Shown in pieces: positions 54,721 through 64,000 of a stretch of 64,000 nucleotides of DNA. Every line of letters starts with the position of its first letter. Within the stretch, counting starts at the first letter, position 1. The notes below the pieces were generated by a model. That model was not told the DNA's origin. It worked only from the letters and a program-made list of their open reading frames with translations, and searched no databases. The stretch lies in contig OZ024745.1 in assembly GCA_964016885.1 (NCBI GenBank), positions 113,026,001-113,090,000 on the forward strand, given 5' to 3'. Both the position numbers and the translations under genes were made by a program. The DNA is from Eledone cirrhosa (Eukaryota).

Positions 54721-55789
54721 CGTGTCTGTGAATTAATTTGTTGTTATCTCACGATTGTTTTATCGTCTCTATGCTACTATATTCGATTTGATGTGTCATC
54801 AATATTTGCACTATGGCCAAATTTTAAAAGTGGATTTATTCTGGTGTCTACAACATGACAATAAATTATTAATTATTTTGTGTAAGTAAAGTGCTGGGGA
54901 AATTTAGTTGAAGGACGATACCGCTTTGGTGTTATGGTAAATTCAGTCATCCGGCATACAACAACTGCCTAGTTTGATTCCCACGGGCGGCTCTGTCCGT
55001 CGTTTTCCCTTTCTAGAGATAATTTACCTAACTTATTGAACTATTATATATTGTCCATTTTCATTGTGGTGGCTTCTAGTAAATGTACCAAATATATATA
55101 AAATAAAATGTGTATATATTTGGCATCCGGGTCACGGTGGGTAGCGCTGCTAGTCGTAGATAGAATGCCAAAGATTCACACTAGCTGCAAGAATTGCAAA
55201 TATGCCACATACAGAAATACATTCATACGCATAGTCTATGCAGAAAACTGCAGAACACATTTGTTTTTTACATGAAACATGTCTTTCGCCATATGGTCAT
55301 ATTCAAAATGAAATAATCATTTAAATTTTGTTTAGAATGTAGAAAAAAAGAGCAAACTTGAAATTGATTTCATGGAAGTGAATTAATATTTAATGTGAAT
55401 TCATTGTACTTGAGACAGACATATGAAAACAATTTTCATAATTCTTTTGATAAAGAATACTACATTGTAGACTTTTAGAACATTTACATATAAATTCCAT
55501 TCAGTTAACAGGAAATGGTTAAGCTAATAATATAGCTCTATTATTGTCATATATATCTGTTGTCACAACGAGGAACAAAGGATGACAATGATTGTGATAA
55601 TGATGATGATGATGACGACGATAATAGTAATAATAATTGTTTCTCCTTTTGGCACAAGGCCAGCAATTATCCAGTGCATTACGAGTACTTTATTTTATCG
55701 ACCCCGTAAGGATGAAAGGCAAAGTTAACCTCGGCGGGATTTGAACTCAGAATAATAATGATTTCTTCATTGGCCACAAGAGCTTACAT

Positions 55790-56420
55790 ATAAGGGACAA
55801 TACAAAAGATAGGGACAGTGGGAGTTTTACAAAAATCGTGTAAACAAGATAAAACAATAACAATAAACAATAAAACTATAATAATACATATTCCCCAATA
55901 GGGGGAAGAACCAATCAGAGGTGACTCAGGAACTCCACAAATCCTAAACCACGAACGCTTCGAGAGCACCCGAGAAGGGAATCCCTCTCATCTTCAAATC
56001 AACCAGCCTACAGGCGCATGCTTGGAGCTGGCCCATTCACACGGGCCATACATGCAACATTCACCCACCTTTTAGCAAATATACTAGGAGGTGGTGGCAG
56101 TCCTTCTCTCTCCACCTTCACTTCCTTTCCAAGTGAAACTTGAAAAAGTTGATGAGGGATTGGCCAAAGAGGAAAGTGTCTCTCTTCAGTCCTTTCAACC
56201 TGGTCCACCACATATCTTTCGCTACGATCACCAGACAGAGGAAAACTGTTTGCCCTTCTCGGCCAAAAGAAGGCGGTGAGGCAATTCAATATGGTCTCGA
56301 TGGATAGCCGGATCCATCCCACACGTGATAACAACTGTTCAACATAACTCCAGGTACATGGACCCCGGCGCAAGCCCCTGAGATGAGACTCGTTGATACA
56401 TACACTAAGATGCTTAGGGT
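55790..56420 (-). mobile_element. L1/Tx1-like LINE 3' fragment
   Basis: Minus frames read TWSYVEQLLSRV...VAKDVVWWTRLKGLK...LINFFKFHL..KVKVERE....F.KRW, the post-RT region typical of Tx1-like elements, followed by a T-rich 3' UTR. Confidence 0.55.
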
Positions 56421-56439
56421 TGTACAAAACATAAGCTGG

Positions 56440-56875
56440 CGTCAACGTATTAAAAATGGAAGTTTATATGGAAACTTCCCCAAGATAACAACTACAATTG
56501 CTAAAAAAAAAGGTTACAATTTGTAGGACATTGCTGGTGAAGTAATCAGAAAGTTATATACAAGCTACTATTGTGGGAGACACTGTAGAGAGACCTGCTC
56601 AAACCTTCATCGATCCACTCTCAGATGATACAGACCTCAGTGGGCAGCAGTTGCCAGGAGCAATGGAAAATCGGGAATTATGGAGAGACTTTGTCAGGAA
56701 TGTTCGGCTGAGGTCACAATGATGATTATATAATGTATTGATAAAACAAAGGAAGGAATTGGAAGATCTTTTAGACGTGAATCTCAGTAGGCAGCAGTTG
56801 TCAGGAGCAATGGAAAATGGTGAATTGGGGAGAGATTTTGTCAGGAATATTCGACTGTGACTGCAATGATGATTT
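56440..56875 (+). mobile_element. RTE-like LINE 3' fragment with the same terminal duplication as 5298-5632
   Basis: LYGNFPKITTTI...RLQFVGHCW*S.Q...KLLLWE...RPAQTFIDPLSDDT...AMENRELWRDFV. Confidence 0.8.
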
Positions 56876-57909
56876 AGTTAAAGAATTTTCATGTTTAATT
56901 TTTTGTGTTTTATGTTAATTTGGAAAATAATGTCATTTATGTATAGTTCGGAGCATTCACTTTTTAAGAATTTCATGGCTTCATGTTCTGAATGAAACGA
57001 TAACAGTGGAGGCTCATTGCTGCGTTTTACATAACCACCAAGGAATAATCGGAATGATGTTCTAACTGATAAAATTGTCATTGAGGAATTCAATTAAAGT
57101 ATCATTGTTTTATTATCATTTTATATATCTGCGCGTTAATTATAATTTTCTATTGATTAATCTTCCACAGTTAATCTTGTAAATGTTTGGGGAATTCTAT
57201 ATAAGATATTAGTTATATCAACTATTATTTTCCTATCTGATTTGTTTGTATAATGTATATATGTGTGTTGTATTGTCTCCTTGTTCTATTCGATCACTAA
57301 GGTGTATTTGGTTCATGTATTATAATACATGTGTAGTTCGCTCGTTATTTTACGGGGAATTGTATCTTGTAGCTATGTTTCATTCTTAAGTGATTCTATG
57401 TTTTAAAAAGTTCTTCAGTGAATGAAAATATAAAGGCTTGTCTCAGAATAGATTTGATTATAGATATTCATTTTCTCCGTATATATATAAACATTTGTAA
57501 GTGCTTTTTGTATATACTGAGATGCTACGTGGGTTTCTGGTTCTTGCGTTTATATCTCAGCATGCCGTGGTCTGGGGTATGAATTTCTGATGTTGACTTG
57601 CAGAATTTTGAGGATGGAATTACTTTTTAAATTTGCATCATTTATCATTTGCATCATTTATCATTATGTATCATTTGCAATAAATATGTCGTCATCTGGT
57701 GTATATGTTGCGGTTACATTTGGGAATAAATTCGTTTTCAATGCTAGCCGTATTAACAGCGAAAATGCTGGTTGACATATGAGAGTGTTGACCACCCCGA
57801 CTCATAGATTGCCTTTCTGTTGTACAAGCCATCAGAAACATTAAAGTAACGTCTATTGGCATTTTAATGTCGGGTATATAGACATTTTTCTATTATTATG
57901 TTTACAGTT

Positions 57910-58340
57910 AGGGTGGTGGATTGGCAGTATTGGTAGAGGGTCGGACGCCATGCTTTGCATGCATGGAGTTACGCCCCTTTACAGTTTGAGTTAAAATCAT
58001 GCAGAGGTTAACTTTGCCCATCATTCTTACGGGGTCGATAAAATAAAGTACCAGTAATGCACTGGGTAATTGCTGGCCTTGTGCCTAAAGTAGAAACAAT
58101 TATTATGACTACAGTTAAGGATGGTGGATTGACGGATTTGGTAGACTGACGGATAAAACGCCATTGTAGTATTTGTTCTGGTTCTTTACGTACTAAGTTC
58201 AAATTGCGCCGAGGCCAACGTGCCTTTTTTTCCTCCTTGAGTCGATAAAATAATGTACCAGTCAAGTACTAGGGTTGATTTAACCACCTTTGCCCATCCC
58301 TTCAAATTTTCTGGCTTTGTGTCTTCATCAGAAACCAATA
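57910..58340 (+). mobile_element. Two tandem SINE-A copies
   Basis: Cores at ~58010 and ~58215. Confidence 0.85.
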
Positions 58341-58834
58341 TTATGACTATAATTATAATTCCAATAATAGTGGAATGTTGCGAACTTTGTCAGATTATTG
58401 TAACATATCTACTAATAAACCGATGAGTCTACATTGTTTCTCTCTGGTATATATTCCTTTATTATTCATCTAGTTGTTTAACAATTCTCTGAGTTTGTGT
58501 TATTCTGTTTGCGAGTCTTTACGGTGCCATAGATATATGCAAAGCTAAATCCATTTTATATTTGAAAAGAATAACCCCTATTGTGTATATTTGAAGCAGT
58601 GATTAATAAATGGAGGTCAATGTTTATTTATGTAGTTGTGTCTCTCCTAATTCTGATGGATATGTGGATGTGAGCGTGTCTATAGGCTTATATAAGAAAT
58701 CAATACATCTAAGTATATTATATAGAAATATGTAAGTATGCATACGCATACACACACACGCACGCACATATATATGTGTCCATGTATGTATGTATGTATG
58801 TATGTATGTATGTATGTATGTATGTATGTATGTA

Positions 58835-59155
58835 GGCATAGCGTAGCACTAGGGATATCAAGTCGGAGTTTGAGGAGGATGCTGCAATATGATTTGAAAC
58901 TGCATCCTTACAAAATGATGTTGGTTCAAGAATTAACTGAGACAGATCATCCACCTGAGATGACCCTGAGAGTCATGGAGAACTTTCGGGAACGACGCCA
59001 TCACTGTATTGCCAACGACGGCCGCCATTTATCTGATAAAACTTTGAAAAACATTAAAACAAAATTATTTCTTCTGTACACTTTAGAAATATAATACGTT
59101 TTTTGTTCTTTTTTATATCCCTTCAACATGAGAAAATTTTATGTCCCATCCTGTA
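58835..59155 (+). mobile_element. Internally deleted Tc1/mariner-family element
   Basis: RHSVALGISSRSLRRMLQYDLKLHPYKMMLVQELTETDH is fused to RVMENFRERRHHCIANDGRHL. It ends cccatcctgTA. Confidence 0.85.
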
Positions 59156-59422
59156 TCATTAAAACGATCGTAGTGAAATTTGAATGGGGAACGATTTAAT
59201 TAAAAGCGTCTATTCATACCACACACTCAAAATGCACCGGGACATCCAAACTAGCATTTAGTTGGACACCACCTGAAACTCTAATACCTAGACGCCAAAG
59301 AATGGCTGACATAGAACAAATCAAGGTGAGCTGAGAGAGATGCCTTTCACATGAAGCAAGACACAGAGAGTTGCTAAAGACCGTTGTGAAGTGGATTAGA
59401 ATTGGGAACAAGAGTATTAATA

Positions 59423-59640
59423 ATAGTTTCTAATTTTGGTATAATGCCAGCAATTTGAAAAGAAGAGGCAAGTCGATTAAATCAACCCTAGCGCGTTGGT
59501 GGTACTTTATTATATCGATCCTATAAGGATGAAAGGCAAAGCTAACATCGGCGGCATTTGAACTCATAGGTAAAAGGGACGTTACTATATACCGCAAAGC
59601 ATGTTGTCCAACGCATTAGCGATACTGCCAATTACCACCC
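59423..59640 (-). mobile_element. Older SINE-A copy
   Basis: Diverged head-core-tail unit. Confidence 0.8.
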
Positions 59641-62586
59641 TAAGAAGAATATTAGTAATAACAATAATACATTAGGAATTCAAATTTTGTCGGAGTCGAC
59701 GTTATCGACTATATCTCAAGGGTCTATCTAAAACGTATTAGCTTATATATTGGCTTCGATTCAATTCACTGTAGACCTTCTATATAACTGTTTAGTTTTC
59801 TGCCTATGTCGTAAATCTTTATTGACACACACAAATGACTCAAATTTCTACTTTGCATGTTGTATTTTCTTATTTCTAAATGTAGTTGATGGGAAATGAA
59901 AAAATGCTCGGCAATTAAGCCATAATCATAAACGTAGTGCTTACTCTGGATAAATATTTAGTAATTGATTTTGCAATAAACAATAACACCTCATTAAACT
60001 ACCATCTGATTTAGGCAATATTAAAAATACAGCCACTGGGACGTCAAATTATATACATAATTTTGTTTTGTGAAGGTTTTGTTCTAAAATGTGAGCATTT
60101 ATTCTAAATAATTACTTTTGCTGCTAACATTTTTTGAAAGAGTAGGAAAATCACAATATTTCATTTTATTTTTCTATTAAAAGTATTTATACTTAATCGA
60201 AACGTTAGCAATAACAGTTTCTAAAATCTGATGGAGTAAATTTTGAGTTATTCTATAATTTCTGCTTATTGCCATGGTGGGCTGTACGTTACATATTATG
60301 TAATTACGTCATGGTCAAATGGCTCGATGAAACACCAGTACTACGATACGAACCTTTGATCCACAGGGGTGGTAGTGCATTGATTACATTTTTTTCTGAT
60401 TATATCGATTACAGCCATGGAAATATTTGAACGTAAATATACAATTTTAATGTGCTGAACAATACTTTATGATAATTAATTACGGGTAAGTATACTTGGC
60501 CATTGAGAGTTAGCATCACTAATTGTTACACAACTATAATAATAAGCTCACTTTTCTTCAATAATCAATACTTTCCTTCACTAAGCTGCCCCTTCTTTCA
60601 GAAAGTCATTCTTTACTTGACGTGTTATAATTTTAAAGTGATTATCATATTGCTTCGTTGAATCGTTTAATTGTACAGTCTTCTTGATAAGATGAGGTCA
60701 ACTTTTCTTTTTATCCTTTGTCGATGAAAGAAGTACCAGTCTAATACTGAGGTCAATTCGTCATCTATATGTCTTTCTTACTCCCCCTCTCTCGCTTTCT
60801 CTCCTTCTCTGGAAAAGATCTGTTGTGTTCAGACCTGAAGAGAGAGTTGGGGTCCGCTAGGCTAAAACATTGCCCAGGAAAAGCCATATGCCACTACGAC
60901 TCCAATCAGGAGTTACCGGACCATACCATACCATTGATGGGGTACAATTATAAGTTAATACACAATGATTTTTATGAACCAATAGAATCATATACTTAAA
61001 GTTTGAAATAAAATGTCTTACGAATAAAATTTACTTTATATTGATGAACCGTAATGGTTAAGTAACTAAAAGAAAGTGAAGTTGTGGGGATCTATACGTT
61101 TCTGAAAGGAATTATTGGTATTAAAATATGAAACCTTTAATTTCCTAATCACCAAAATCCTTCTTCTGGCTTATCAGTCTGTAGAAGATTTTACAAATAT
61201 ATAATGGTGACCTTTTGATCAGACTTAAGTTCCAAATGTTTTTAGTAGAGCGAAGAAAATGGGATATTTTGAAACACATTAGCAGCGAAATTAAAATGAA
61301 AAATGGCTTCAACCGAAAATAGAAATGTTCTGAATACAGAATTCACTCGCATCATCATGCGTTGCGGTGCTTACTTGTTTTAAGAATATATATTGATTTC
61401 TAACATTACCATAAATCCATGAATTTTTTAAGTAAACGACAAAAATATTCTACCCACACTGAAAATATGAGTGATTCTAATTCAGAACTTAAATGGATGC
61501 AACTATACACTGCTGGGCCCCTTGTCCGCTTTCTACATATTGTAATTGTGCCATCTACAGCTTTATCTTTTATATCACATGAACTTTCGAAATTGACTAA
61601 TGACCATAAGTTTGTATGAAATTGTGCAACGAAGATTCCCCTCTCTCAAGTGGGTTTGTGTGATAGTCGAGCTATTTCTCGTACAAAAAGTGAAATATCG
61701 CAAATGAGAATTGACTTATTTGGACGAGAACATATTTACGTACATACACTTGGTTAATTTCAATTATATTCTAAAACTTTACTATAAAATTGTTCTTATA
61801 AAATTATTCGTGGTTTTTGATTTTCAAAAATTAAGTCCAAATTTATTATGAAAATATAGTGTAAATATATATATACATTTGCATCCTTTTATTCAAGACG
61901 ATGGGATACGATGAAAGAAAGTTGGCTAATATTTCTAGCAGATTGAGTGACGATATAGAGGTTCCCTCGTTGGCCCATAATTGTTGAACCGATCAGCTTA
62001 ATCCACTGTTTGAATCTACTGCATAACTTCACTGGTTCAACCACGTTAAATCCATGTGCTTTTTCTCGCGTGTCGTATAAAATAACATTTACAAATCAGA
62101 AAATTTTAGGATTGTTAAAAAATTCTCATCAAAATAATTGGCAAATATATTGGAACCACATTGTTTACGTTATAATTTTCATTTAAAGTTCTGTAATCCC
62201 GTTGTATAACCCCCATTTCGATACTACATATTCTTACAATAATTCTCACCAATCCTGGAGTTGAGGCCGGGGCATATTATTCACTGACTTTATTAATCTC
62301 CATATAAGAGAAATGAATTTTTGTAACAACTTTTTTCTAATTTCCTGCCTCTGAAAACAGTTATTCTTTATAGGTTTGCAGTATTTGATAACTGAAATTA
62401 TATAGTGAGAAGGTTATTACGTTTTCACTTTCAGGAAATTTGAGATAGGAAAAATGATATCTAGAAAATGATGACTACTGATGGGAATATAATATATGAC
62501 TACTGATGGGAATATAATATTGATATTCGTTGTATGTATTGATATCTAGTTGGGTGGGAAATACGCTGGTTGAATCACCCGTTAAG

Positions 62587-62652
<66 letters not shown>

Positions 62653-62810
62653 AAAAAATATGCACCTGCTGATTATATCGGACCATATTCTATATTTATA
62701 TTGCTGTGCCTCAGGTTTCAGACTTTTATTGATACATTCTTTTTCCTAAGGAAAATTCAGCTGATAAGGTATGTTTCCTTGGCTATGTCGACATTTATAA
62801 ACGCTCTTTG

Positions 62811-62872
62811 TATTTTATCTGATGAAAGCGTACCAAAGTTTTTGGTACCCTTGAAATATATATAATAGAATA
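62811..62872 (+). ncRNA. Type I hammerhead ribozyme (same family as 12719-12783)
   Basis: tattttat-CTGATGA-aagcgtaccaaa gtt tttggtaccctt-GAAA-tatata-TA-atagaata. Confidence 0.88.
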
Positions 62873-63359
62873 AATATGGTGTGTGAGGTACTCTAGGAAC
62901 GTAACTGCATTAGTCTTCGGGTGTGCTAGCGGGAAGTCTACCATCTTCGACAGGACATCGTCTATACCAAACGAATACGAAACGAATACTATTAATTGAC
63001 ACAGGAGGGGCTTATTTACGTGCCAGTAGAAGGAGGCATGATACAGCTAATAGTTATGCTTAGGCCTAGAGTTTATAGGTATAATATGGCGGTCAAAACA
63101 GACGGCGCGGCGCGCCCCGGGGCGAAGCGAACCGCCCCGAGTAATTTCGTTTACCGAAAGAGGGGAAATTTATTTTTCCAAGCACTCAAGGAAGGCTGAA
63201 CTACCCGAGTGCCCGGCGCGCAGCCGGGAAAGCCACCATATCAGTCGAAAGTGGCAAAACCCGATGAGATACGCCAATAGACTATATCTAAGTCCCAGTT
63301 AGTCCGGGTTATAAGAAGTGTGGTTCTTTGGTGGGTAGGTGGTTATGATAGGTGCATAA

Positions 63360-63975
<616 letters not shown>

Positions 63976-64000
63976 TTTTGAGTTTATGTTGGTTGTGTAC

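Overview
This is an AT-rich, microsatellite-saturated animal genomic window. The SINE families and the (TA)n/(CA)n density suggest an octopus or other coleoid cephalopod (inference). One host gene is convincing: a 3-exon, 211-aa, secreted-type selenoprotein glutathione peroxidase on the + strand (32442-32640, 37006-37247, 39028-39222). Its in-frame TGA (Sec) sits 1 nt before the first splice donor. Its catalytic-tetrad motif is WSFEKF instead of WNFEKF, and I found no canonical SECIS by eye. The rest is mostly mobile-element debris: more than 20 copies of a tRNA-derived SINE (some young, with TSDs), a CORE-type SINE, Penelope-like fragments, RTE, Tx1-like and CRE-like LINE fragments, mariner/Tc1/Tigger relics, and piggyBac and hAT MITEs. 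The most striking hidden layer is non-coding. About 14 type-I hammerhead ribozyme motifs (7 with intact cores) lie in short islands between (TA)n tracts. They include a family with a shared non-canonical CAGAAGA core and one motif with a large branched stem II. There are also at least seven fold-back inverted duplications and a probable decayed EGF-repeat exon. The long YI/VC/TH ORFs in the ORF track are microsatellite artefacts.
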